The notes under the pieces are model-generated. The model saw only the letters and a list, made by a program, of their open reading frames with translations, was not told the origin of the DNA and ran no database searches. Below are positions 48,117 to 57,658 of a stretch of 64,000 nt of DNA, one piece after another. The position numbers and the translations under genes were made by a program. Numbering within the stretch: position 1 is the first letter of the stretch; each line of letters begins with the position of its first letter. Source of the stretch: an uncultured bacterium (GTDB taxonomy: Bacteria; Cyanobacteriota; Vampirovibrionia; Gastranaerophilales; Gastranaerophilaceae); NCBI GenBank assembly GCA_949284715.1, contig CASDWH010000016.1:12817-76816 (forward strand). The letters run 5' to 3'.

Positions 48117-48668
48117 ATGGCGCTTACAGGCTTAGATATCGCATTAAGACGCATAAACATGATTGAAAATAAATTTCAATCACTTATGAGTGTCGGCGTA
48201 CAGACTGACCCTGAGTTTCAGAACATATTAGACGACTCTGTTAAAATAAAAACAGGTCAGGGAACACCTGCTGATAAAGCTAACATCACAAGTTTAATAG
48301 ACAAATACTCTGAGCAGAACAATCTGGATGCAGATTTTGTTAAAGCCGTCATACAACAGGAATCGGGATTTAACCCTAACGCAACCTCAAAATGCGGCGC
48401 AATGGGGCTTATGCAATTGATGCCCAAAACAGCCGAAAGCCTCGGGGTTACAAACGCCTACGATGCAGAACAAAATATTTACGGCGGAACAAAGTACCTG
48501 AAAGGTTTATTAGACCGGTTTGACAATAATAAAGAACTAGCACTTGCAGCATACAATGCAGGCCCGAATGCCGTAAAAAAATACGGCGGTATTCCGCCTT
48601 ACGCTGAAACACAAAATTATGTAAAACGTGTCCTTAGCAATTATGACAACATGAAAGGAGGGTACTAA
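48117..48668 (+). CDS. SLT-domain lytic transglycosylase (flagellar-cluster associated)
   Basis: QQESGFNPNATSKCGAMGLMQLMP...YGGTKYL...AAYNAGPNAV. Confidence 0.8.
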   Translation: MALTGLDIALRRINMIENKFQSLMSVGVQTDPEFQNILDDSVKIKTGQGTPADKANITSLIDKYSEQNNLDADFVKAVIQQESGFNPNATSKCGAMGLMQLMPKTAESLGVTNAYDAEQNIYGGTKYLKGLLDRFDNNKELALAAYNAGPNAVKKYGGIPPYAETQNYVKRVLSNYDNMKGGY

Positions 48669-49483
48669 TGCTTATAAGAAGTTTTGAGAGTGCCGCAAAC
48701 GGTATGCTGTCATTGATTGACATGAACGACAATATTGCAAACAATATTGCAAACGTTAATACCACAGGCTATAAAAAAAGTGAATTAACATTTAAAAATG
48801 CAATGAATGCAGCCGTTTACAACCAGAAAGGCAGTGTAATCCGTGGAGAAACACAAAACAGACACCTTGGAGAATTGAGTCTGGGAAGCCAGACTATGCG
48901 TTTAACCAGAGATTTTGAGCAGGGTGCTACAGCAAAAACCAATAATAAACTTGATTTAGCAATAGAAGGCGACGGATTTTTCAAAATAGAGGACAGGGAC
49001 GGAAATATTGCATACACAAGAAACGGTTCGTTCTGTCTTAATAAAGAATCTTTCCTTGTAACCAAAGAAGGCGAGTATGTTTTAGACAACATGAACCGCA
49101 GAATCAGCGTCTGGAATGAAGGAATGGAGCTTAACGATAAGATAGATATAACTATTTCCGAAAACGGCACAATGGAACTCAATGACCACGGCATTAAGTT
49201 CCCGCTGCAAACAATCGGTATCTGGGACTTTAGAGATAAAGAAAACCTGTTTGAAGTAAACTCAACAAGGTTCTTACCTAAAAACCCCGATGTGAATCCG
49301 GCAATTCCGGCAGAAAGATATACAATACAGCAAGGCATGCTTGAAATGTCAAATGTTAATGTAATACGTGAAATGATTAATTCAATTGCAACATCCAGAA
49401 ACTATGAATCACTTTCACAACTGGTCAGAACAAATAACGATATGCTTACAAACGCTATAAGTGTAGGCAGATTGAGAACATAG
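48668..49483 (+). CDS. flgF: flagellar basal-body rod protein (FlgF-like)
   Basis: NNIANVNTTGYKK N-terminal rod motif. Conserved C-terminal helix. Directly precedes flgG. Confidence 0.75.
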   Translation: MLIRSFESAANGMLSLIDMNDNIANNIANVNTTGYKKSELTFKNAMNAAVYNQKGSVIRGETQNRHLGELSLGSQTMRLTRDFEQGATAKTNNKLDLAIEGDGFFKIEDRDGNIAYTRNGSFCLNKESFLVTKEGEYVLDNMNRRISVWNEGMELNDKIDITISENGTMELNDHGIKFPLQTIGIWDFRDKENLFEVNSTRFLPKNPDVNPAIPAERYTIQQGMLEMSNVNVIREMINSIATSRNYESLSQLVRTNNDMLTNAISVGRLRT

Positions 49484-49515
49484 AATAAAAAAAATACAAG
49501 GTGAGGAAATAAAAA

Positions 49516-50304
49516 ATGTTAAGAGCATTAACCACAGCAGCAACCGGTATGATAGCACAGCAAAACTATCTTGACGTAATTGCTAACAATGTAGCAAACG
49601 TTAATACTACCGGCTTTAAGCAAGTAAGACTTGAATTTCAAGACCTGCTTTCACAAGCAACCAGAACCCCGGGTGCAATGATGAATCAGGGTACATACCA
49701 GCCGGTAGGTTTAGAAATCGGGCTTGGTGTAAAATCTGTTGCAACTACAAGAGTATTTACCCAGGGAACTGCAATGTTGACCGGCAGAGATCTTGATATT
49801 GAGATTGAAGGTGAAGGCTTTTTCCAGATTCAAAGAGAAGACGGTACACTAGCGTATACACGTGACGGCTGTTTCCAGAGAGATTCTCTCGGGCAGGTTT
49901 GTACAAATGACGGGCTTTTGTTACAGCCTGCAATAACAATTCCTAACAACGCCACTAAAGTAACAATTACTCAAGACGGTAATGTATCTGTATCAATTCC
50001 GGGGCAGACAGAACAATCCGTAATCGGCAGTATACAGCTTGTTAGATTTCAAAACCCGTCGGGCTTAGAGTCTATCGGCCACAACCTGTTTATTGAAACA
50101 TCAGCCTCCGGAACCCCTATTGCAGGAACCCCGGGTCAGGAAGGTTTAGGACTCTTGCAGCAGGGCATGATTGAAGGCTCCAATGTTCAGATTGTTGATG
50201 AACTTGTCGGACTAATCAAAGCTGAAAGAGCGTTTGAATCAAACTCAAAACTGATTACCGCATCAAGCGATATTTTACAGACAACAAATAACATGGCTAC
50301 TTAA
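49516..50304 (+). CDS. flgG: flagellar distal rod protein FlgG
   Basis: MLRALTTAATGMIAQQNYLDVIANNVANVNTTGFK...GYLETSNV-type C-terminus (IEGSNVQIVDELVGLI). Confidence 0.9.
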   Translation: MLRALTTAATGMIAQQNYLDVIANNVANVNTTGFKQVRLEFQDLLSQATRTPGAMMNQGTYQPVGLEIGLGVKSVATTRVFTQGTAMLTGRDLDIEIEGEGFFQIQREDGTLAYTRDGCFQRDSLGQVCTNDGLLLQPAITIPNNATKVTITQDGNVSVSIPGQTEQSVIGSIQLVRFQNPSGLESIGHNLFIETSASGTPIAGTPGQEGLGLLQQGMIEGSNVQIVDELVGLIKAERAFESNSKLITASSDILQTTNNMAT

Positions 50305-50344
50305 TAATTAAAGACTTGAGGAGAGAGGTTTAGTAAGGGAAATT

Positions 50345-51052
50345 ATGAAAAAGTTAATTATGACAGGTTTAATATCAGTCCTCATAACAGGGGCTGTTCA
50401 TGCTCAAACTATTGCGGGAAATGCAGTTAAGACTGATATTGCTGATGTTCTTAAACAAACTTATTACAACAAACTTACAAACTGCGATATAGAAGTTAAA
50501 GTTCTCAATGTGCCGTTCAAAGACCTCATTATTCCCGATGGTGAAGTAAGTTATCAGGTTGTTTCGCCGGAAGGCAGATATCTGGCAAGAGATATCAAGC
50601 GGGTAAATGTATACGTTGACGGAAATCTGGTGAAAACACTTAATCTGCCCGTACAGTTAAAAGCTTATAAAGAAGTTTTAACAGTAAAAGAACCCTTAAT
50701 AAGAGATCAGGCAGTAACGGCTGAAAATACATATATTCAAAAAGTAGACGTTGCAGATAAAATTGATTATATCTTAACCGCAGAAAATCTTTCAAAAGAT
50801 ATTAAAACTAAAAAACCAATGAAACAGGGTGAGGTTTTGGATAAAAGATTTGTAAAAATCAAACCTGATGTTGTAAGAAACACTGAAGTGAGAGTATTTT
50901 TCACATCAAACGACAATCTTATGATAACAATTGATGCAATAGCGCTTGAAGACGGACTTCTGGGCGACTATGTCAATGTTGAAAATAAAAATTACAAAAA
51001 AATATATAAAGGGAAAATTATAGGCGAGAACAGAGTTCTTGTTGCTATATAA
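50345..51052 (+). CDS. flgA: flagellar P-ring assembly chaperone FlgA
   Basis: Signal peptide. SAF-like C-terminal region (MKQGEVLDKRFV...GDYVNVEN). Its position before flgH-flgI fits. Confidence 0.7.
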   Translation: MKKLIMTGLISVLITGAVHAQTIAGNAVKTDIADVLKQTYYNKLTNCDIEVKVLNVPFKDLIIPDGEVSYQVVSPEGRYLARDIKRVNVYVDGNLVKTLNLPVQLKAYKEVLTVKEPLIRDQAVTAENTYIQKVDVADKIDYILTAENLSKDIKTKKPMKQGEVLDKRFVKIKPDVVRNTEVRVFFTSNDNLMITIDAIALEDGLLGDYVNVENKNYKKIYKGKIIGENRVLVAI

Positions 51053-51065
51053 CGGAGCAGACGGT

Positions 51066-51680
51066 ATGTTAAGAAAATTAACGGTGACATTTTTAGCATT
51101 AATAACAATAAGCCTCGGGATATCAAACGCAGAATCCCTGTTTACTTTAGGTGCAACAGCTAACTACGCAGGGGCGCCAAAATCATTATTCAGCGGAGTT
51201 CAGGCACGGCAGGTAGGAGATTTGTTATCTATTATAATGAGTGAAAATATTAATATCAATGATAGTTTAGAATATTCAAGTTCAAAATCTTCAACAACAC
51301 AGGACTCATTTACTTCATATATAAAACACTGGCTTGGACTCGGGCTTAAAACTGCTGACGGATACGGCGGCTCAAATGATGTAACAACTTCAGCAGACGG
51401 TTCACGCCAGATGACTTTTAACGATAATATTGCAGTACAGGTTGTACAACAGCTTCCAAACGGTAATTTATCCGTTCAGGGTAAAAAGACAGTTGTAAAC
51501 GGCAATGAAAGAATGGACTTTGTAGTAACAGGAATTGTCGACCCGCGCTGGATAAACGCTGACGGACAGGTTTATTCTTATAATGTTGCAAATCTTCAAT
51601 TTGCACTATCAGGCAGAGGTTCAATCTCCAGAAGCCAGAACGAAGGACTCTTCAACAGATTTGTTAAATATCTGTTCTAA
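51066..51680 (+). CDS. flgH: flagellar L-ring protein FlgH
   Basis: SLFSGVQARQVGDLLSIIMSEN and VVNGNERMDFVVTGIVDPR. Confidence 0.85.
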   Translation: MLRKLTVTFLALITISLGISNAESLFTLGATANYAGAPKSLFSGVQARQVGDLLSIIMSENININDSLEYSSSKSSTTQDSFTSYIKHWLGLGLKTADGYGGSNDVTTSADGSRQMTFNDNIAVQVVQQLPNGNLSVQGKKTVVNGNERMDFVVTGIVDPRWINADGQVYSYNVANLQFALSGRGSISRSQNEGLFNRFVKYLF

Positions 51681-51699
51681 TAATATAAGGCAGGCAAGT

Positions 51700-52809
51700 A
51701 TGAAACTTATAAAAAAACTAACAGCACTAATAATGATAGGGTTAATGATCGGCTCAAACAGCGTGATGGCAATAGAGTCCAAAGTTAGAATAATGGATTT
51801 AACCCACATAAAAGGCGTTCGGGACAACCAGGTAGTAGGATACGGTATAGTAGTAGGTTTGCCGGGGACAGGCGACAACTCCCGTTCAACCCAAATTACA
51901 AACCAGAAACTATTGATGAACTTAGGAACAATCATTGAACAGGAAAACTACATCCAAAAAGGTTCATCAGCAGCGGTTATCGTCACAGCTACTATTCCTC
52001 CTTTTTCTAAAAACGGTGACAAAATCGACTGTACCGTTTCTACACTTGCCGACGCAAAAAGTCTTGAAGGCGGTGTTTTAGTACAAACAATACTTAAAGC
52101 ACCGAACGGCGAAGCTGTTGCTGTCGCGCAGGGGCCTGTATCTGTCGGCGGAATTAACAAAATCGCCGGCGGCGCACAGCAAAGAACTGCTATTACTACA
52201 ACAGGCAGAATTCCCGGAGGTGCTATTGTAGAGCGGGATATTTCAACAGATATCGGTGACGAAACCACAGTAACTCTATCACTTGATAAATCGGATTATA
52301 CTCTTGTTTCGCGTATTGCTCAAACAATATCATCAAATGTTGCGCCGGCCAAAGCTATTGACGGAAGTTCCGTTCAGGTTCAAATTCCGGAAAAATTTCT
52401 GAATGACAGAGTAACTTTTGTTTCTATTCTTGAAAACCTTGAAGTAAGCCCGACTCTGGAACGCGCAAGAGTAGTAGTAAACGAGCGGACAGGCACAGTC
52501 GTTATAGGCAGTGATGTCAAATTATTACCGGCCGCGGTTGCTCACGGAAATATTACGGTAACAGTTACAACATCTCCCGAGTTTTCACAGCCAAACCCGT
52601 TCTCTAACGGTGAAACCGTAGGCTTTGAAAATGCAGAAGTCAGCATAAACAAAACTAATGCAAGTCTTATTTCCATGCCTGCAAACAGCAACCTCAATGA
52701 CCTTGTAAGAGCTTTAAACTCAATAGGAGTTGCACCTATAGACCTTATATCAATTCTTCAGGCGCTTAAGAAATCAGGAAGTTTACAGGCTGAGTTAATA
52801 ATCATTTAG
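51700..52809 (+). CDS. flgI: flagellar P-ring protein FlgI
   Basis: IKGVRDNQVVGYGIVVGLPGTGD...LEGGVL. The start is at MKLIKK after a purine-rich stretch. Confidence 0.9.
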   Translation: MKLIKKLTALIMIGLMIGSNSVMAIESKVRIMDLTHIKGVRDNQVVGYGIVVGLPGTGDNSRSTQITNQKLLMNLGTIIEQENYIQKGSSAAVIVTATIPPFSKNGDKIDCTVSTLADAKSLEGGVLVQTILKAPNGEAVAVAQGPVSVGGINKIAGGAQQRTAITTTGRIPGGAIVERDISTDIGDETTVTLSLDKSDYTLVSRIAQTISSNVAPAKAIDGSSVQVQIPEKFLNDRVTFVSILENLEVSPTLERARVVVNERTGTVVIGSDVKLLPAAVAHGNITVTVTTSPEFSQPNPFSNGETVGFENAEVSINKTNASLISMPANSNLNDLVRALNSIGVAPIDLISILQALKKSGSLQAELIII

Positions 52810-52828
52810 AGTAAAAAGGTTGTAAAAA

Positions 52829-53179
52829 ATGAACATAAATCCTATGACAGATACAAATACACTGCAAATGATGTCAAAACAAACTATAAACAGCGAGCAG
52901 GAAATATATAACAGAATTAAGTCTGCCGGCAGCCAGAAGCAACAGTTAGACAAAGTTTCAAAGGAATTTGAATCAATGTTTATAACAAAAATGCTTTCAT
53001 TAATGGATAGTACTGTAGATCGTTCAGACGGATTATTCGGCGAAAAACAGCCTTATGTTGATACATTTAAATCCTTTGTTTTCCAGGAAATGGGCCGTGA
53101 TATGGCAGAAAATCCGCGAACTACAATAGGATTAGCTAAACAAATTTATACACAAATGGAAAAATATGTAAAAGATTAA
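52829..53179 (+). CDS. flgJ: rod-binding protein (FlgJ N-terminal domain only, no muramidase domain)
   Basis: SKEFESMFITKMLSLM motif. Only 116 aa. Confidence 0.7.
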   Translation: MNINPMTDTNTLQMMSKQTINSEQEIYNRIKSAGSQKQQLDKVSKEFESMFITKMLSLMDSTVDRSDGLFGEKQPYVDTFKSFVFQEMGRDMAENPRTTIGLAKQIYTQMEKYVKD

Positions 53180-53213
53180 TTAAAGTAAAAAATGGTAAGT
53201 ATCGGAGTAAAAA

Positions 53214-53489
53214 ATGATTTCATCAATTAACACAAATGCCGCAGGTAATTTACAAAACTTAACAAACGTAAATATCTCAAAATACAAGTCCGGCAATGGT
53301 TCAGAAGGAAAAGAGGAGCAGGAAAATATCGGAATTAATACACGTTCAAGCAAAAATTTGTTAGAAAAAGTCGATTTAGTGGAATTAAGAAAATATGCAG
53401 AATATGCAGGTGAATTAAATATCACGGATGATGACATTAGATATGGACTAATCTACGGAAGAAGTGTCATTGCAGACTACTTAGCTTAA
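53214..53489 (+). CDS. small protein in the flgM position (possible anti-sigma-28)
   Basis: Called by position only (before flgN-flgK-flgL). The N-terminus looks disordered. No convincing FlgM C-terminal motif. Confidence 0.35.
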   Translation: MISSINTNAAGNLQNLTNVNISKYKSGNGSEGKEEQENIGINTRSSKNLLEKVDLVELRKYAEYAGELNITDDDIRYGLIYGRSVIADYLA

Positions 53490-53515
53490 CGTGAACGGAA
53501 TCTTACGGAGCAGCT

Positions 53516-54013
53516 ATGAAGAATACTATTAATAAAATTCTAAACCATCTTGAACTGGAATTGACATGTTATCAGGAAATCTGCCGGATTTATGACGAAC
53601 AAAAAGAAGCTCTTGTAAAAAATAAGTATGAAGAGCTTGATGGCATAGATAAACAGATAACCTCCGCCTATAACAGAGTTATGTCACTGAACAAAAAACG
53701 GCAAGAATTGTTTAACCAGCTCAAACCGGGCATTACAAAATTATCCGAGGTTATAGATATAGCCAGAAAAGAAGAAAGCCCAAATACAGACAAGCTTAAT
53801 GACTATAGAGAAACATTCAAAAAAATGGCGCAGGATATAGAAAAAAAACAATATATTAATTTTGAACTTTTGAAAACAGGATTAAATATTTCAGATAAAA
53901 AATTAAATCTAATAATTGAAGCATTTGCACCTCAGGGAAGTATTTACAATGAAAAAGGCAAAAGCAAAGACCACAAAGACATAGCCGTAAGTACGATTAT
54001 AGAAGAAGTTTAA
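53516..54013 (+). CDS. flgN: FlgN-like export chaperone
   Basis: Helical protein LELELTCYQEICRIYDEQKEALVKNKYEEL, immediately before flgK. Confidence 0.5.
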   Translation: MKNTINKILNHLELELTCYQEICRIYDEQKEALVKNKYEELDGIDKQITSAYNRVMSLNKKRQELFNQLKPGITKLSEVIDIARKEESPNTDKLNDYRETFKKMAQDIEKKQYINFELLKTGLNISDKKLNLIIEAFAPQGSIYNEKGKSKDHKDIAVSTIIEEV

Positions 54014-54030
54014 AAAAAGGATTAAATTAA

Positions 54031-55605
54031 ATGGCAAATTTATTATCAGCACTAAATATGAACGCAAATTCATTAAAGGTCAACGAGAATGCAATTTCTG
54101 TTGTATCAAATAACGTTGCCAATATGAACACAATAGGCTACCACAAACAAACGGTTAATCTTGCAACAAAAACCAATGAGATTCCTATTGGAAACAGCGT
54201 TTACCGGCAAATTGACTCGCTTGCCGGCGTACAGATTGCAAGTGTTACAAGAAGTACAAACAAGTATCTTGATAACGCATATAGAGATGCTATTGCACAG
54301 CTTGCAAATCTAAACCAGCAGCAAAATAATATCGGTGATATTGCAGACCTTTTTGATGAACTTGACGGAACAGGTATTGATGCAGGTTTAAAAAGCTTTT
54401 TTGAAGCTTTAAATGATTTAAACAATAATCCGACAGACTCTACAGCAAGAGTAGCATTTCTTGAATCAGCCAAAAACCTTACATCTTTAATGAATTCTAC
54501 AGCAGAGCAGCTTCAGGAACAATTATACTCGCAGCTTGGCGACGGAGTCGACGCACAGGCTCTTGCTGATTCACCGTTTGCAGCAGACATAGCAAATATA
54601 AATGATTTGTTTGCACAATTAGCGGCTGTTAATGAATCCTTATCCAGAACCCAGACAGGGAATTTAACAGCAAATAACCTCCTTGATACAAGAGATACTA
54701 TTCTAGATAAAATTGCAGAATATATGGATTTTGATATTGAGGAATATCCGAATGGTACAGTAAGATTAAGTTTGGACGGAGTAGACCTTGTCAAGGGAAC
54801 GGAAGTCCTTGGCAAATTCACCGTTCAAACTGCATCTGAATATTGCGCAGAACAGGGAATAAATTACCCTGATGATTGGGATGGGGCGCTTGCGGTTGTT
54901 AATATTGAAAGTACAGATGGCAGAACATTCGGCAACATCAATGACACGCTTACAACAGGGAAGTTAGGCGGGTACCTTGCAAGCGCCACGGAGGACTCAG
55001 GAACAGTCAATGCCGAATATATTCTCGGTAAATTAGACCAATTAGCTGTTACTGTTGCAGATATTTTTAATGCTATTCAAACAGACGGCAACGCATACTG
55101 TATAGACCCTACTACCTGGACTTTGTCTAATGCAAATCAGGGAGTAAATATCTTTGTTGCCTCTGACGGAGGAGCCATTACAGCATCAAGTATTAAAATT
55201 AATGACGACTTGCTCGCTGACGGCGGACAATGGCTTTTAGCAACCGCATATTTTCAGGATCCGGCCTCGTTTGATGCTAATGCGGTTGGTAATAACTCTA
55301 ACGTAGTTAATATGCTTAATACAAGAGAAGCGGCACAGGCAGGATTGGGCGGATTAACCTTCGAAGATTTTTATTCAGCCCTTGTCGGGGAAGTAGGAAC
55401 AGCATTAAGTAATATTAACGGAGAAATCGAAGCACAGCAGGGTATTGTAGACAATCTTGATTTACAAAGAACATCAGAATATTCTGTTAACCTTAACGAC
55501 GAACTTACAGACCTTGTTAAGTATCAAACTGCATACTCTGCTGCCGCAAGAGTATTCACAACCTGCAATAGTTTATTAGATGTACTGGTCACATTAGGAG
55601 GATAA
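54031..55605 (+). CDS. flgK: hook-associated protein 1 FlgK
   Basis: SALNMNANSLKVNENAISVVSNNVANMNTIGY, and C-terminal NLNDELTDLVKYQTAYSAAARV. Confidence 0.85.
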   Translation: MANLLSALNMNANSLKVNENAISVVSNNVANMNTIGYHKQTVNLATKTNEIPIGNSVYRQIDSLAGVQIASVTRSTNKYLDNAYRDAIAQLANLNQQQNNIGDIADLFDELDGTGIDAGLKSFFEALNDLNNNPTDSTARVAFLESAKNLTSLMNSTAEQLQEQLYSQLGDGVDAQALADSPFAADIANINDLFAQLAAVNESLSRTQTGNLTANNLLDTRDTILDKIAEYMDFDIEEYPNGTVRLSLDGVDLVKGTEVLGKFTVQTASEYCAEQGINYPDDWDGALAVVNIESTDGRTFGNINDTLTTGKLGGYLASATEDSGTVNAEYILGKLDQLAVTVADIFNAIQTDGNAYCIDPTTWTLSNANQGVNIFVASDGGAITASSIKINDDLLADGGQWLLATAYFQDPASFDANAVGNNSNVVNMLNTREAAQAGLGGLTFEDFYSALVGEVGTALSNINGEIEAQQGIVDNLDLQRTSEYSVNLNDELTDLVKYQTAYSAAARVFTTCNSLLDVLVTLGG

Positions 55606-55609
55606 AATT

Positions 55610-56593
55610 ATGACTATATCTCAAGGTATATCTTCACAAATGTTATATACAATTCTGCAAAACGGCATGTCAACCAATTATAATAACTATGCCAATCTTC
55701 TTGCTCAAATTGCTTCAAACAGCAAACTTACATCTATTGCCGATGACCCCGTTGCAACCGTAAATGTGCTTAAAACACAAAAAGGGCTTGATAATATAGA
55801 TGTCTACCTCGAAAATATCGCAATTGCACAGGATGAAATCACAGAACTTGATGATATGCTTGACTCGCTTAACGATGATATAGTAGGAACTTTTAAGCCT
55901 CTGGCCGTACAAGCTTCTAACGGTGTATATGATACAGATGCATTAAGTGCTATGCTGCAAGAACTTGAAGGCGGATTAGAAACAATCGTTCAAATAGGGA
56001 ATACAAAATTTAACGGCGACTATATATTTGCCGGTACAAATGTTAAAACTACACCGTTTACCATAAATAAAGATGCCGATGGAAATATTACATCCGTAAC
56101 TTACAGCGGTACACCGGCGGATGGAGAATACCAGAGATATGTTCAAACCGGCGACGGAACTTATGAAGTTATTAATGCTCCCGGTGATAGTGTTCTGGGA
56201 TATTACGATTCTGCAACCGGTGAAAGTGAAGGCATTATAGGCACTATGGTTGAAACAATTAACGCCTTGAAAACTCTCGTTGACCAGCCGACAGAAGCAG
56301 AAGTTACCGCTGCTAACGAAGCACTTTACGGACTGCTTGACAGATTTGATGAAAGTGTTTCACAAATAACCTCTGTTCAAACTAAATACGCTTCTGCATA
56401 TAACAATATGGAAATGGCAAAAACCTCTCTTGATGCGACAGAAGTTAATTTAACAAGCGCCTTATCAAACCTTAAAGACATTGATATAACAGAAATTTCT
56501 ACTGATTTATACAGTGCAATGTACGCATATCAGGCAAGCATGAGTCTGCTGTCGCAGGTTTACCAAACCGGTACATTGCTTAATTATCTTTAA
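55610..56593 (+). CDS. flgL: hook-associated protein 3 FlgL
   Basis: Flagellin-like N- and C-terminal helices (SIADDPVAT, DITEISTDLYSAMYAYQASMSL). Follows flgK. Confidence 0.8.
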   Translation: MTISQGISSQMLYTILQNGMSTNYNNYANLLAQIASNSKLTSIADDPVATVNVLKTQKGLDNIDVYLENIAIAQDEITELDDMLDSLNDDIVGTFKPLAVQASNGVYDTDALSAMLQELEGGLETIVQIGNTKFNGDYIFAGTNVKTTPFTINKDADGNITSVTYSGTPADGEYQRYVQTGDGTYEVINAPGDSVLGYYDSATGESEGIIGTMVETINALKTLVDQPTEAEVTAANEALYGLLDRFDESVSQITSVQTKYASAYNNMEMAKTSLDATEVNLTSALSNLKDIDITEISTDLYSAMYAYQASMSLLSQVYQTGTLLNYL

Positions 56594-56685
56594 TTAACTT
56601 TTAACAAAATATACTTACCATTTACAAGGGGCGGATGCCCTTTTTCTTTTTTTTGAGGAAGGGAAGTTTTAAATATACAACTGTT

Positions 56686-56741
56686 ATTACATATATGTAA
56701 TGATATGAGTTAAAGTTATCTGTATCATTACATATATGCAA
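56686..56741 (+). promoter_or_regulatory. operator pair and leaderless-type promoter of XRE gene 1
   Basis: Perfect 16-bp palindrome ATTACATATATGTAAT (56686..56701). A degenerate copy ATTACATATATGCAA (56727..56741) contains the start codon. The -10 TATCAT (56723..56728) ends 7 nt before the ATG. No SD. Confidence 0.5.
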
Positions 56742-56990
56742 AAGATTGATATAAAGAATGCGGTAAAACTTGGTAAAAAAGTAAAACAATTAAGACAAGA
56801 ATCCGGTTTATCTTTAAATTCTTTTGTTATGAAAAATTCAGATACAACTACAGCAACCTGGAGCCGGCTGGAGAACGGCAAAAATGATATAAAATTATCT
56901 TCTTTGCTTAGAGTCGCAGCAGCACTTAATATCTCTGTCTGTGAATTGCTGAAAGATATTGATTTTGATTACAATTTTGAGGAATATTAG
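56736..56990 (+). CDS. XRE-family HTH regulator (84 aa), paralog 1
   Basis: LGKKVKQLRQESGLSLNSF...TWSRLENGKNDIKLSSLLRVAAALNISVCELL. Confidence 0.75.
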   Translation: MQKIDIKNAVKLGKKVKQLRQESGLSLNSFVMKNSDTTTATWSRLENGKNDIKLSSLLRVAAALNISVCELLKDIDFDYNFEEY

Positions 56991-57286
56991 TCCTCGTAAT
57001 TTATGCAGGTATTATTAGATTTAATATCTAAAATAAATTTTGGTACCGGTAAAGAAGTTTCACTGTTTATTATTGATATTAAGTCTTTAAAAATACTATC
57101 ACTTTCATCTTCTAATAATTGTGTTACTGATGATATATTGTATATTTTTTCATCTTGAATAAATGCTTTACAATACTGATTTAACATTGTAGCTGTTTTG
57201 TTCATTTCTCTCACTTTAACGAATATATTTTCTACTTCTTTTAATAATAAAATTTTATCCTGTCTATTTTTAAATTTTTCGTGCAT
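56987..57286 (-). CDS. small hypothetical protein (99 aa) between the two XRE genes
   Basis: ATG 7 nt after a perfect GGAGG. Divergent from XRE gene 2, with convergent overlapping stops with XRE gene 1. Confidence 0.5.
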   Translation of the reverse strand: MHEKFKNRQDKILLLKEVENIFVKVREMNKTATMLNQYCKAFIQDEKIYNISSVTQLLEDESDSIFKDLISIINSETSLPVPKFILDIKSNNTCINYED

Positions 57287-57305
57287 AATAATTTCCTCCC
57301 AATAT

Positions 57306-57361
57306 ATTACACATGTGTAATGAATTATTTTTATAATACCCGTAATATTACATACATGCAA
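57306..57361 (+). promoter_or_regulatory. operator pair and leaderless-type promoter of XRE gene 2
   Basis: Perfect palindrome ATTACACATGTGTAAT (57306..57321). A degenerate copy ATTACATACATGCAA (57347..57361) contains the start codon. The -10 TAATAT (57343..57348) ends 7 nt before the ATG. The palindrome-to-ATG distance is 50 nt, the same as at gene 1. Confidence 0.5.
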
Positions 57362-57607
57362 CAGTCCGACAAAAATAATTCTCTTAAACTCGGAAGAAAA
57401 ATAAAAAAGCTGCGTGTTAGCACCTCTAAATCTTTAGACGCTTTTGTAATGGAAAAGGGAGGTATGACTACAGCAACATGGAGCAGGTTGGAAAATGGCA
57501 AAAATGATTTTAAACTTTCTACTATTATAAAAGCTGCTGCTTTGTTGGGAATTACTGTTTCTGAACTGGTTAGTGATATTGATTTTGACTATACATTAGA
57601 AGAATAA
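57356..57607 (+). CDS. XRE-family HTH regulator (83 aa), paralog 2
   Basis: LGRKIKKLRVSTSKSLDAF...TWSRLENGKNDFKLSTIIKAAALLGITVSELV. The start is taken at the ATG at 57356. Confidence 0.75.
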   Translation: MQQSDKNNSLKLGRKIKKLRVSTSKSLDAFVMEKGGMTTATWSRLENGKNDFKLSTIIKAAALLGITVSELVSDIDFDYTLEE

Positions 57608-57627
57608 AAACACTAATATAAATTATA

Positions 57628-57648
57628 CAGGGTGCAAATTGCACCCTG
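57628..57648. terminator. 8-bp GC hairpin between convergent genes
   Basis: CAGGGTGC-aaatt-GCACCCTG. The T-run is weak. Confidence 0.45.
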
Positions 57649-57658
57649 CATGACTATT

